A stretch of DNA of 64,000 nt. It comes from an uncultured Poribacteria bacterium. GTDB lineage: Bacteria > Poribacteria > WGA-4E > WGA-3G. Under the pieces are notes generated by a model, which saw only the letters and a program-made list of their open reading frames with translations, did no database searches and had not been told where the DNA came from. Of the stretch, positions 9,531 to 18,694 are shown piece by piece. The translations under genes were made by a program, and so were the position numbers. Within the stretch, counting starts at the first letter, position 1, and each line of letters opens with the position of its first letter. Location: contig OX638351.1 of assembly GCA_951813565.1 (NCBI GenBank), positions 2,432,001 to 2,496,000 on the forward strand, written 5' to 3'.

Positions 9531-10814
9531 CTACCAGTTTATCAGAAAAATGAGAATTCCGAATATTGGGATTAAAGCAATCAATACTTTTACCTCAAGT
9601 AGACACTTTCTATAACGTTGAATAGAAGGTTTTTCCGCCGTTGATCTATCCAAAAATTTAATTCTTCGATCTATAGACGGATGTGTATTGAAAATTTCAA
9701 GAACAAAACGAAATAGTTTAGGAAGTCCGCTGAAAAATCCAAGGTTTTCTAATGCGGATATAAACGCTTCTGGATTATCGGTGAGGTCAACTGCATATAG
9801 GTCTGCTTGATGTTCAAAACGTCTCGATAAATAATTAAAGAAAATCTTAAAATAAAACACAAAGAAGAGAATCGAAACAATTGATAAGAGAATTGGGTAT
9901 CCCGCGAGAAGCGGCTTTAACGGCTTCATGACCACTTGGTAAAACAGCACAGAACTTATCAGATAACCGAATGCAAGAAAACAAGAGATAAGGAGATGTC
10001 TATGGCGAATGTGTCCGATTTCATGGGCAACAATTGTCTCAATCTGGTCATCTGTAAAATTGCGTAAAAGTGCATCCGTTATAAAGATTTTACGGTTGCG
10101 TGGGATTATTCCAGCGACAGCAGCGTTTGCTATAGCTAAACCACCTGTTTGCCACACCGCAATATCTCGATACTTCATTCCACTTCGGTCCGTTAACTGC
10201 TGCAGTTTCTGCTTTAGTACTATATTTGTTAGTGGTTCTGTTTTCCACAGGAATTGCATCAATAACGGTGCAATGACGAATAGAAGCACAAGTAGCGGAA
10301 GAAAAATCCCTACGACCACAAAAGGTTGTACCGTTTCAGGAAGTAGATGCGTGAGATCAAGAACTACATTAATTACTAACAGTGGAATCAGTGGGAGGAG
10401 TAAAAATCTGAAATTGAAACTAATGAATTCCCACCTTTGTTCGAATCGCCTCAAGGGAACATCTGGCATTACGACTCGAATACCGAGCAACCCTACGAAA
10501 AGAGGAATTAGAAAAAAGATCTCACGCGAGTGATGAACCATTTCTAAAAAGGCGAGATGTTTATTGATGAATTCCGGCAAGTTCAGCTGGTACAGGATGT
10601 AGACATAACTGCCCAAACTCAAGATTTCAAAAACAATCGTAGCACGTAAGGTGGTTAGTTTTCTTGTCAGATAAGTAAGAAGGATTGGGACTGTGGTAAG
10701 CACGCATGTCCAATAAACGACTTGCGCGTTGTTGAATTCTACGGATGTTTCCGGCGGTTCATAACGAATCAGAAAGATGAGTCCTGCGATTAGAACGATG
10801 CTTGTGTGTCCCAT
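9531..10814 (-). CDS. M48 family membrane zinc metalloprotease
   Basis: NAAVAG, HEIGH, E.QAD, THPS..RRI; multiple TM segments. Confidence 0.88.
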   Translation of the reverse strand: MGHTSIVLIAGLIFLIRYEPPETSVEFNNAQVVYWTCVLTTVPILLTYLTRKLTTLRATIVFEILSLGSYVYILYQLNLPEFINKHLAFLEMVHHSREIFFLIPLFVGLLGIRVVMPDVPLRRFEQRWEFISFNFRFLLLPLIPLLVINVVLDLTHLLPETVQPFVVVGIFLPLLVLLFVIAPLLMQFLWKTEPLTNIVLKQKLQQLTDRSGMKYRDIAVWQTGGLAIANAAVAGIIPRNRKIFITDALLRNFTDDQIETIVAHEIGHIRHRHLLISCFLAFGYLISSVLFYQVVMKPLKPLLAGYPILLSIVSILFFVFYFKIFFNYLSRRFEHQADLYAVDLTDNPEAFISALENLGFFSGLPKLFRFVLEIFNTHPSIDRRIKFLDRSTAEKPSIQRYRKCLLEVKVLIALIPIFGILIFLINW

Positions 10815-10980
10815 TATATTTATAACAACCTTGCTTGTAGCATCTATTGTAAGGCAATGCTACTTGTTATGGTTTCTACGGATGCCTCTAACTAACATGT
10901 TCCTCATCTTCCTGAACGCGCAGTAGCACCTTTAGAAAGATGCCATTGCGTGTAGTTTAGTTGGCGCATCGATCCCACTG

Positions 10981-11265
10981 TTACTCAAGCGCATCAGCAT
11001 GTTCTGCAAATTTAAAGTCTAATTCAGTTATGCCATCCGCATCGTGTGTGCTCATGTCAATTGTTACGCGATTGTAGACGTTGAACCATTCGGGGTGATG
11101 ATTCATGGATTCAGCGATTAAAGCGAGTTGTGTCATGAAACCGAACGCCGCAACGAAGTTATCGAATTGGAATTCCTTATGCAGTTTATCGTTTTCAACA
11201 GTCCAGCCGTTGAGTTTTTCTAAGTTCTTCTGAATTTCAGAATCTGTAAGTTTCTTTCGGGCCAT
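10981..11265 (-). CDS. phhB: Pterin-4-alpha-carbinolamine dehydratase
   Basis: AESMNHHPEWFNVYNRV...THDADGIT.LD signature. Confidence 0.9.
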   Translation of the reverse strand: MARKKLTDSEIQKNLEKLNGWTVENDKLHKEFQFDNFVAAFGFMTQLALIAESMNHHPEWFNVYNRVTIDMSTHDADGITELDFKFAEHADALE

Positions 11266-11392
11266 CAGATACCTCCGCAAGAATTGAGCGCAAAAATTTA
11301 GTGGAATATTAGGTTAGATTAAGTTAGAATTGTAGTGGAAACATAAGATTATATCAAGTAAAAACAGTTCGAATATAAATAAGGAGAAATAA

Positions 11393-12619
11393 ATGGCACT
11401 TGCAACAACGTTATATTTTCCAGAGGTAGGTCCCCAATGGGAAGACTGGATCCAAGTTATCAACGTAGGCACTGAGGAAACCCGTGTGACAGGAATAGCA
11501 AGACACGCTGCTAACGGAAAACCAACTTGGACTGATGAAAAAGAGATTTCACCCTTTGAATGTTGGACACCGAACGTAGAGGCAATCAAACAGAATTCCT
11601 CAATGCAGCTTACCGCGGATGAACCGATTGTGGCAGAACGGCACATGCATAAAGACCCGAATATTCTTGATTTTGTGGGAGCGGCGGAGGAATATGAAAC
11701 AGTCGGGTTGCGTTTATTTTTTCCAGAATTGGTTCCTGGTGCATTAGACTGGTTCCGATTTATGAACGTTGGTGAGGCGGATGCGTATGTAAACATAATC
11801 GTCCGCAATCGGCGCGGAGATATTAACAGGCAACGTCACCATGTAATTAAACCGCAATGTTGTTGGGATATTGCCGAAGGCTTAATGGGGAATGTGCAAG
11901 GTACACTTGAAGTACAAAGTACGCAACCCATTGTTGGTGAACGACATCTACATTATCAAGGTGGAAAAACTTGCGTTGGACAATATGGCCAGGTTATCTC
12001 CGACGCACCGAAAACACTATACTTTCCAGAGGTTGGGCCAGCATGGCGAGACTGGGCAATCATTGTTAATGTCGGTAGAGAAAAGGGTGAGGTAACAATG
12101 ATAGCGCATGACGATGGTACTGGAAACCCGGTGACGACGATGGAGCGCGAATTGGATCCTTTTGAGTGTTGGATTCCGAAGATGGAGGATATTAAAATAA
12201 AATCTTCCATTTTGATACGGAGTGATCAACCGATTGTAGCGGAACGGCACATGCACAGTGGTACAGCAATAATTGATCTGCCAGGGGCATCCGAAGAAGG
12301 TGGTCACGTTGGACTTCGGTTATTCTTCCCAGAAATCGCAAGTGGGGCGAGAGATTGGTTCCGTTTCCTTAATGTCGGAGAAAACGATGCATTAGTTAAC
12401 ATCGTTGTCCGAAATAAAAGAGGTGATGTTAAACGGACGATTCATCGGCGGATAAAGCCACGCTGTTGTGCAGATGTTGACGAAGCCGCTATGGGAAACG
12501 TGCGTGGCTCTGTTGAAGCGCAAAGTTCACAACCCATCGTTGGTGAAAGACATCTGCATTATCAATCTGGACACAAAGGCGCGGTTGTCGGTCAATACGG
12601 TGTTGTCATAGGTGAATAA
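11393..12619 (+). CDS. Hypothetical protein with four internal ~100-aa repeats, (AB)2, DUF5719-like
   Basis: Repeated LYFPE/LFFPE...NVG...PIVAERHMH/PIVGERHLHY; AAGGAG RBS. Confidence 0.75.
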   Translation: MALATTLYFPEVGPQWEDWIQVINVGTEETRVTGIARHAANGKPTWTDEKEISPFECWTPNVEAIKQNSSMQLTADEPIVAERHMHKDPNILDFVGAAEEYETVGLRLFFPELVPGALDWFRFMNVGEADAYVNIIVRNRRGDINRQRHHVIKPQCCWDIAEGLMGNVQGTLEVQSTQPIVGERHLHYQGGKTCVGQYGQVISDAPKTLYFPEVGPAWRDWAIIVNVGREKGEVTMIAHDDGTGNPVTTMERELDPFECWIPKMEDIKIKSSILIRSDQPIVAERHMHSGTAIIDLPGASEEGGHVGLRLFFPEIASGARDWFRFLNVGENDALVNIVVRNKRGDVKRTIHRRIKPRCCADVDEAAMGNVRGSVEAQSSQPIVGERHLHYQSGHKGAVVGQYGVVIGE

Positions 12620-12622
12620 GCA

Positions 12623-13369
12623 ATGAATCTGAAGAATAAAATAGCAATTGTGACAGGCGCGGGACAAGGCATCGGTAAAGCAATTGCCCTCAGACTCGCG
12701 AATGCGGGTGCAGATATCGCAATCATGGATTTAAACCTATCAGCTGCTGAGTCTGTTGCCAAGGAGATAGAAAATCTTGGTCGGCAAGCACTTCCTATTC
12801 AAGCAGATGTGTCGCAGTCTACCGATGTTAATACTGCTGTAGACACAGTGCTTTCCGAATTTGGACGCATTGATATTCTTGTGAACAATGCTGGAATTGC
12901 CGGGAGAACGTTGCCACTAACTGATTTAGATGAATCAGATTGGGACACAGTGATAGGGGTGAACTTGACAGGTGTATTCCTCTGTTGTAAAGCGGTCATT
13001 GGCACGATGATTGCGCAGGATTACGGTAGAATAGTAAATATCGCCTCAATTGCTGGTAAGGAGGGCAACCCGACACTTATACCATATTCTGTGTCTAAGG
13101 CAGGAGTTATCTGCTTGACGAAAGCACTTGCGAAAGAGGTAACAGACTATAATATTCGTGTGAATGCTGTATCGCCCGCGGTTATAGGAACTCCTATTTT
13201 AGAGGGCATGGCACAGTCCACGATTGACTATATGGTAAGCAAGATTCCACTGGGGCGAGTTGGAAAACCTGAAGAAGTTGCGGCTGTCGTAAATTTCTTA
13301 GCCTCAGATGAGGCGAGTTTTGTGACGGGACAGTGTTATGATGTGAGCGGCGGTAGGGCTACTTATTGA
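12623..13369 (+). CDS. SDR family oxidoreductase (FabG-like)
   Basis: TGAGQGIG, NNAG, YSVSK. Confidence 0.9.
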   Translation: MNLKNKIAIVTGAGQGIGKAIALRLANAGADIAIMDLNLSAAESVAKEIENLGRQALPIQADVSQSTDVNTAVDTVLSEFGRIDILVNNAGIAGRTLPLTDLDESDWDTVIGVNLTGVFLCCKAVIGTMIAQDYGRIVNIASIAGKEGNPTLIPYSVSKAGVICLTKALAKEVTDYNIRVNAVSPAVIGTPILEGMAQSTIDYMVSKIPLGRVGKPEEVAAVVNFLASDEASFVTGQCYDVSGGRATY

Positions 13370-13655
13370 GTTCGTAGGTTGGGAAGAATACAGCGAGACC
13401 TAACATGTATTTTTCTTGTAGGAGGGGTTTTTAACCCCGATTGTTTCTGCATCTCGGATTGGTATGGATTTTTTATCTGAACCAGGATTGTCATGATTAT
13501 AGAATTTCCAAGATTATACATTTTTCTGAACAATAAATGTTTCTTTTGGTAGAAACGCGTTTTGTAGTCGCGCAATTCATTGCCAAATCAAGACAAAATG
13601 TGATTTTGACATTTGTCTTCTCTAAATCAATGCTATCGTATCGGGGTTGAAACCC

Positions 13656-13808
13656 GCAGCATGCCATACGGGGAATGCCATAAGGCATTCGGACCCGGTG
13701 AATGACTAAAGACGAATGCGCTTGGTAGAATACGCTTTTGGTATTCTACATGATTCGCCATGATTCATACCGTTGATTTCTTGATTTGGCGCATGCTGCG
13801 TTGATTCA
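13656..13808. repeat. Nested stack of AATCAAC-hairpin units inserted in a REP
   Basis: Flanks GGGGTTGAAACCC|CTCCCAC reconstitute a REP; near-identical stack at 18414..18566; inner part also at 51905..51990. Confidence 0.8.
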
Positions 13809-13894
13809 CTCCCACAAAGAGAGGAAAGGGCGACATACCAAGGAAAGAGAAGGCGGGCACAAAGACCCGCCCTATAAATCAAACAAAGTTACGA

Positions 13895-15286
13895 TTACTC
13901 TGCAATACAGTAGAGATACTGACTTCCACGCAAGTATAATTCTGAACCAACAATTGCTGGTGATGCGTTGAAACTGTCCTCTAAGTAATTTTGTGCCAGT
14001 ATTTCAAACTTAGGTCCGTGTTGAACAACTGCCACAGTGCCATTTCGACTTACGACATAGACGCGATCAGCAGCGCCAACAATTGACGCGTAGATGCCTC
14101 TTACGCCACCTATTCTAATAGGTCCATACAGTAATTCACCTGATATTTTGTCAACAGCGGAGATAATGTCGTTCCCTTTGAGGAAATATAGAATATTCCC
14201 GTGCAGGAGTGGAGATGGTACATAAGGTGTGTCTTCATTGTATTCCCATGCAATGGCTTCCGTGGATGCGGTAATGTCACCTTCGGCATTCGCAAGATTA
14301 ACCGCTTGCAATGCGGCACCTCTGAAACCACTGATGAGATAAACTAATCCATCGGCAGCTATAGGTGTGGGTATAACGTTTCCTGTCATACCGCCACATT
14401 CCCATAACACTTCGCCAGTTTCTAAATCATAACTACGCGATCTATTTGTAGCAGTAACAATTACCTGTGCTTTTCCACCGTGTTCCACAACAATAGGCGA
14501 TGTCCACGTGGTACGTTCGTCTCTATCCATTTTCCACAGTTCATCACCAGTTCGCTTATCCAGAGCAGTGATGAAGGAGGGACCTTCGTGGTCTTGCAGG
14601 ATCACAATTGTATTACCGTGAATGATAGGGCAGCTGCCTTCACCGAAGGTATTCCTTTTCTGCATTTTCCCGATGTCTTTTTCCCACTTGAGATTTCCAG
14701 CCATGTCCAAGCAATAAAGTCCACGAGAACCGAAATAGGCATAGATGTGTTCCCCATCGGTTATTGGAGAATTGGATGCGAAGCTGGCAGTTTCATGGAT
14801 ACCTTCATGCGGAGGCGTTTCTCGGAGAGTCTTTTGCCACAAAACACTTCCATCACTCCGATTGAGCGCAATCAAATCAAATTTATACGAAGGAAAAACT
14901 TCGTTTCTCCTTCTGCCACGTCTTCTTCGTCGAGAGTCTTCAGGTGGATTTTCAGCTTCTGTGTTCTGAGTTTGTGTTTTGGGCATCTCGCCTTTAATCG
15001 CAGTCTGAATGAAGATTCTATCTTCCCAGACAATAGGTGTGGCATGTCCCATACCGGGAATGCGAACTTTCCAGCGGATATTTTCAGTTTCACTCCATGT
15101 TGTGGGCGGATTTGCGTTAACAGCGGCACCGGTGGCATGCGGACCGCGCCAATGAGGCCAGTTGTTCTCAAAATTAAGGTTCTGTTCAGACTTAGAGGCA
15201 TGTTGATCAGCAATGGTCTGCAATGTATACAGAGCAAATATCGCTAAAACACATACGAATATCGTCAAGAATGTAGTTTTTTTCAT
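13895..15286 (-). CDS. PQQ-binding-like beta-propeller repeat protein
   Basis: NWPHWRGP, ENIRWK, SP repeats, ASPAIVG.ELYLRG; signal peptide from MKKTTF. Confidence 0.85.
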   Translation of the reverse strand: MKKTTFLTIFVCVLAIFALYTLQTIADQHASKSEQNLNFENNWPHWRGPHATGAAVNANPPTTWSETENIRWKVRIPGMGHATPIVWEDRIFIQTAIKGEMPKTQTQNTEAENPPEDSRRRRRGRRRNEVFPSYKFDLIALNRSDGSVLWQKTLRETPPHEGIHETASFASNSPITDGEHIYAYFGSRGLYCLDMAGNLKWEKDIGKMQKRNTFGEGSCPIIHGNTIVILQDHEGPSFITALDKRTGDELWKMDRDERTTWTSPIVVEHGGKAQVIVTATNRSRSYDLETGEVLWECGGMTGNVIPTPIAADGLVYLISGFRGAALQAVNLANAEGDITASTEAIAWEYNEDTPYVPSPLLHGNILYFLKGNDIISAVDKISGELLYGPIRIGGVRGIYASIVGAADRVYVVSRNGTVAVVQHGPKFEILAQNYLEDSFNASPAIVGSELYLRGSQYLYCIAE

Positions 15287-15337
15287 AATAATATCTTCCT
15301 TATTAGTTGAGCCAGTTGTAGTTGTATATGTGATTAT

Positions 15338-16711
15338 CAAGCGTTCCGTTCAAAACCCAATGCTTTAGCTTTGGGATGTAGACACCGCTAACGTCTCCAT
15401 TTTTTTGTTGATTTTTCCTTGCGTTTGTGGTATACTATCCCCAGCATTACAGCGGTGGATTTCACCTCTCGCTTGAGAGTGCCACCGCACCATTTGAAAG
15501 TGGTATTGTAATGCGAACCTACAAATACAAGGGACAAAAACATAAACGCAATCGTCATCTGCAAAAAGACCTGCGTCCCATTGCGCATGTCCACAACCAT
15601 TTTGTTGCGTTGTTGCAACGTCACTATCGCATCTACGGACATTGCGAAGATTACAAACGACCCAATGCATTTAGGATGATTAAACATCTGACGAAACTGA
15701 AACGACTTGCTAAATATCAACACTGGACAATCCCATATTCTTGGTGTTTGCAAGAATGTATCCAACGCGTTGACAGAGGTTGGAAAAACTTCTTTGAAGG
15801 TAGAGCCAAGCGTCCGCCTAAATTTAGAAGTCGGCATAAATATAAATCTATGACTTTTGATGGTAGCCAAGTCAAAATAGAAACTTTTGACAAAACAGAT
15901 GGATGCCCCGTTGCGAAAATCCGTATCAATAGAAGGTGGTATCGCTGCTGGTATAGCAGACCTATTGAAGGCAACATCAAACGGGTTACCGTTAAGAAAG
16001 ACTTTGTAGGGGATTGGTATATCACTATCACAACAGACGCAGAAGGACTTGAGCCTGCACCTAAGACTGGTAGGACAGCAGGGTTTGATTTTGGACTCAA
16101 GGATTTTCTCACCTGTTCCGATGGCACGAAATATCAATCTCCTGAATTCTATAAATCTACTGCTAAACTGATAAAACGTGCGAGTCGTGCGTTGTCTCGG
16201 AAGCAGAAAGGCAGTAATAATCGCGAGCGTGCGAGGAAAGACCTTGCACGGGTACACAGGAAAATTAATCGGCAGCGGGAAGACCATCATTGGAAACTCG
16301 TGCTTGAACTTGTCCGAAAGTTTGATGTCTGTTTCTTCGAAAACTTGAACCTTGACGGCATGAAGCGCCTCTGGGGACGCAAAGTTTCGGACTACGGCTT
16401 TGCAGATTTCAGGCTGAAAATCAAATGGCAAGCACAAAAACGATGCAAGCACGTTGTGCAGATTGACAGATGGACACCCACAAGCAAAGTTTGCCACGCC
16501 TGCGGACAAATCCATAAGTTCTTTAATTTGAGTGTGCGCGATTGGTGTTGTCATCACTGCAAAATCTCTCATGACCGTGATATAAACGCTGCTATAAACA
16601 TTCATAAGGTTGGGACGTCAACCTTTTCAGGAGGAGACGTAACACCTGCCTCGGCAGGCAGTCTCTGATGATAGAAGAATCCCATGCCTTTAGGCTTGGG
16701 GAGTATGTCAA
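15338..16711 (+). mobile_element. IS200/IS605 family (IS1341-type, tnpB only) element inserted after TTAT
   Basis: Left end AAAA-CCCAATGCTTTAGCTTTGGG hairpin; right end GAAT-CCCATGCCTTTAGGCTTGGG...TCAA; removing it restores the neighbouring gene end CIAE-stop. Confidence 0.9.
15511..16668 (+). CDS. tnpB: RNA-guided endonuclease TnpB
   Basis: PKFRSR, RuvC GFDFGLK / FFENL / HDRDINAAINI, zinc finger CHAC..CHHC. Confidence 0.93.
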   Translation: MRTYKYKGQKHKRNRHLQKDLRPIAHVHNHFVALLQRHYRIYGHCEDYKRPNAFRMIKHLTKLKRLAKYQHWTIPYSWCLQECIQRVDRGWKNFFEGRAKRPPKFRSRHKYKSMTFDGSQVKIETFDKTDGCPVAKIRINRRWYRCWYSRPIEGNIKRVTVKKDFVGDWYITITTDAEGLEPAPKTGRTAGFDFGLKDFLTCSDGTKYQSPEFYKSTAKLIKRASRALSRKQKGSNNRERARKDLARVHRKINRQREDHHWKLVLELVRKFDVCFFENLNLDGMKRLWGRKVSDYGFADFRLKIKWQAQKRCKHVVQIDRWTPTSKVCHACGQIHKFFNLSVRDWCCHHCKISHDRDINAAINIHKVGTSTFSGGDVTPASAGSL

Positions 16712-18084
16712 TCTGCTATACAATATAGATGTTTAGTTCCACGCAGATATAGTTCTGATCCAACAATTGCAGGTGATGCGTTGAAACTATCGTCAAGGTG
16801 ATTCAGAGCAATTACTTCAAGTGCAGGTCCGTCTTTTAAAACTGCAACATTTCCGTCTCGACTTGCAATATATACACGACCTGCCGCGCCAACAATAGAT
16901 GCATATACATTGGATACACCTTTAACCCTTTCAGGTCCAAATAACACTTCTCCACTATTTCTGTCAATAGCTGTAAGTAGATTCCCATTTCTTTTCAAGA
17001 AATATATTGTATTTCCACTCAATAGCGGTGAAGGCACATAAGGTGTGTCACGGTCGTAATACCAATCAACTGCATCAGTCCCAGTAATATCGCCAGAAGC
17101 AAGTTCTAAGTTAATGGATTGTAGTGAACTTCCACCATGTCCACTTATCACATATATATGGCCATCTTTATGCATAGGAGATGGAATCACATTCCGCGTC
17201 ATACCATCACATTCCCAAACCAAATCGCCATTGGCTAAATCGTAACTACGTGTTCGGTTTGTTGCTGGAACGATCACTTGAGAGATGCCGTTGTAATCTA
17301 CAACAATAGGAGATGTCCATGTAGTAGGTTCATCCCTATCCATTCGCCAAAGTTCGTCACCTATGTGTTTATCCAAGGCAGTAATAAAGGATTGTCCTTG
17401 ATGGTCCTGTAGCACAATAATGGCATCACCATATATCACTGGGCAGCTTCCTTCACCGAAAGTACCCGCTTTACGCATTTGTCCAATATCTTTTTCCCAT
17501 ATCAGATTCCCTTTGAAATCCAAACAGTAGAGACCACGAGAACCGAAATAAGCGTAAATGTGTTTTCCATCGGTTGTTGGTGAGTTGGATGCGAAACTTG
17601 AATGACCGTGCATACCCTCGTGAGGAGCAGTTTCCCGTAGCGTTTTTTCCCACAAGACACTCCCATCACTTCGTTTCAGCACAAGGAGATTAAACTTATA
17701 TGGTGGTATGGTTCTATTCCTGTTTCTTCTATTACGTCTTCTTTCAGACTGTGATTCTTGCGATATATTTTCATCTTCCACACTCTCAGTTTCTGGCATC
17801 TCACCTTTAATGGCTGCCTGGACAAATATCATATCTTCCCAAATGATCGGCGTAGCATGACCTAAACCGGGAATGCGAACTTTCCAGCGGATATTTTCTG
17901 TTTCACTCCATGTTGTGGGTGGATTAGCATTTACTGCCATCCCTGTTGAATGAGGACCTCGCCAGTGATGCCAGTTTTTTTCAAAATTGAGTGTCTGTTC
18001 AGTATCAACCGTGGTTTTTGAACTGCACGCGACGAACATCGCGAGAGCACAGATACATATTGTCAAGAATGCCAATTTTTTCAT
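16708..18084 (-). CDS. PQQ-binding-like beta-propeller protein, probable lipoprotein, paralog of 13895..15286
   Basis: Lipobox-like FVAC; same motifs as paralog; stop codon supplied by the IS right end. Confidence 0.85.
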   Translation of the reverse strand: MKKLAFLTICICALAMFVACSSKTTVDTEQTLNFEKNWHHWRGPHSTGMAVNANPPTTWSETENIRWKVRIPGLGHATPIIWEDMIFVQAAIKGEMPETESVEDENISQESQSERRRNRRNRNRTIPPYKFNLLVLKRSDGSVLWEKTLRETAPHEGMHGHSSFASNSPTTDGKHIYAYFGSRGLYCLDFKGNLIWEKDIGQMRKAGTFGEGSCPVIYGDAIIVLQDHQGQSFITALDKHIGDELWRMDRDEPTTWTSPIVVDYNGISQVIVPATNRTRSYDLANGDLVWECDGMTRNVIPSPMHKDGHIYVISGHGGSSLQSINLELASGDITGTDAVDWYYDRDTPYVPSPLLSGNTIYFLKRNGNLLTAIDRNSGEVLFGPERVKGVSNVYASIVGAAGRVYIASRDGNVAVLKDGPALEVIALNHLDDSFNASPAIVGSELYLRGTKHLYCIAD

Positions 18085-18119
18085 TATATGAATTCCTTTC
18101 ATGTTTGTTATGGTGATCC

Positions 18120-18685
18120 GTAGGTTGGGTAGAGCGCAGCGAAACCCATAAATCAACGGTATGAATGCCTGAATCAACGCCAAATGCGCTTTTTGGCATT
18201 TGGCGGGTTTTCAACCCCGATTTCTTCTCTATGAGAAGTATTCAACTATGAGAAATCAATATATCGGGCTTCCAAAGCCCTCCCACAAGAAAAAAATCAG
18301 CAACTTAAGTATATACCTTCTTGTGGGAGTGAATCAACGCCAAATGCGCTTTTTGGCATTTATCGGGTTTTCAACCCCGCTGAATGCCTACACGCGCATT
18401 CAGCGTTGATTTGGCAGCATGCCGGACGGGGAATGCCATAAGGCATTCGGACCCGGTGAATGACTAAAGACGAATGCGCTTGGTAGAATACGCTTTTGGT
18501 ATTCTACATGATTCGCCATGATTCATACCTTTGATTTCTTGATTTGGCGCATGCTGCGTTGATTTGGATTTAACAGTTTGAGTCTCACAAAATCGGGCGG
18601 ACAAGGTCTCCCTCCCACAAGAGACAATCTGGTAATTATGTGCTTAAGTTGACACCTATGGGGTAGAGCGCAGGGAAACCCAACA
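18120..18685. repeat. Dense cluster of REPs, a GTCAACTTAAG-type MITE and AATCAAC-hairpin units
   Basis: Units at 18149, 18170-18204, 18330-18364, 18379-18413, 18414-18566; CAACTTAAG...CTTAAGTTGAC IR. Confidence 0.8.
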
Positions 18686-18694
18686 ACTCAACTA

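Noticed and set aside
15287..15340. N-terminal extensions in the ORF track (also 18085-18183, 41087-41146, 48913-49023)
   Set aside because: Downstream ATGs give better RBS, signal peptides or family-typical starts; some extensions run into repeats
15388..16605. 405-aa minus-strand ORF
   Set aside because: Antisense shadow of tnpB with no recognisable motifs
13656..18566. Repeated ~35-bp palindromic units as a CRISPR array
   Set aside because: Units are nested or dispersed, not regularly spaced direct repeats with unique spacers, and there are no cas genes in the window
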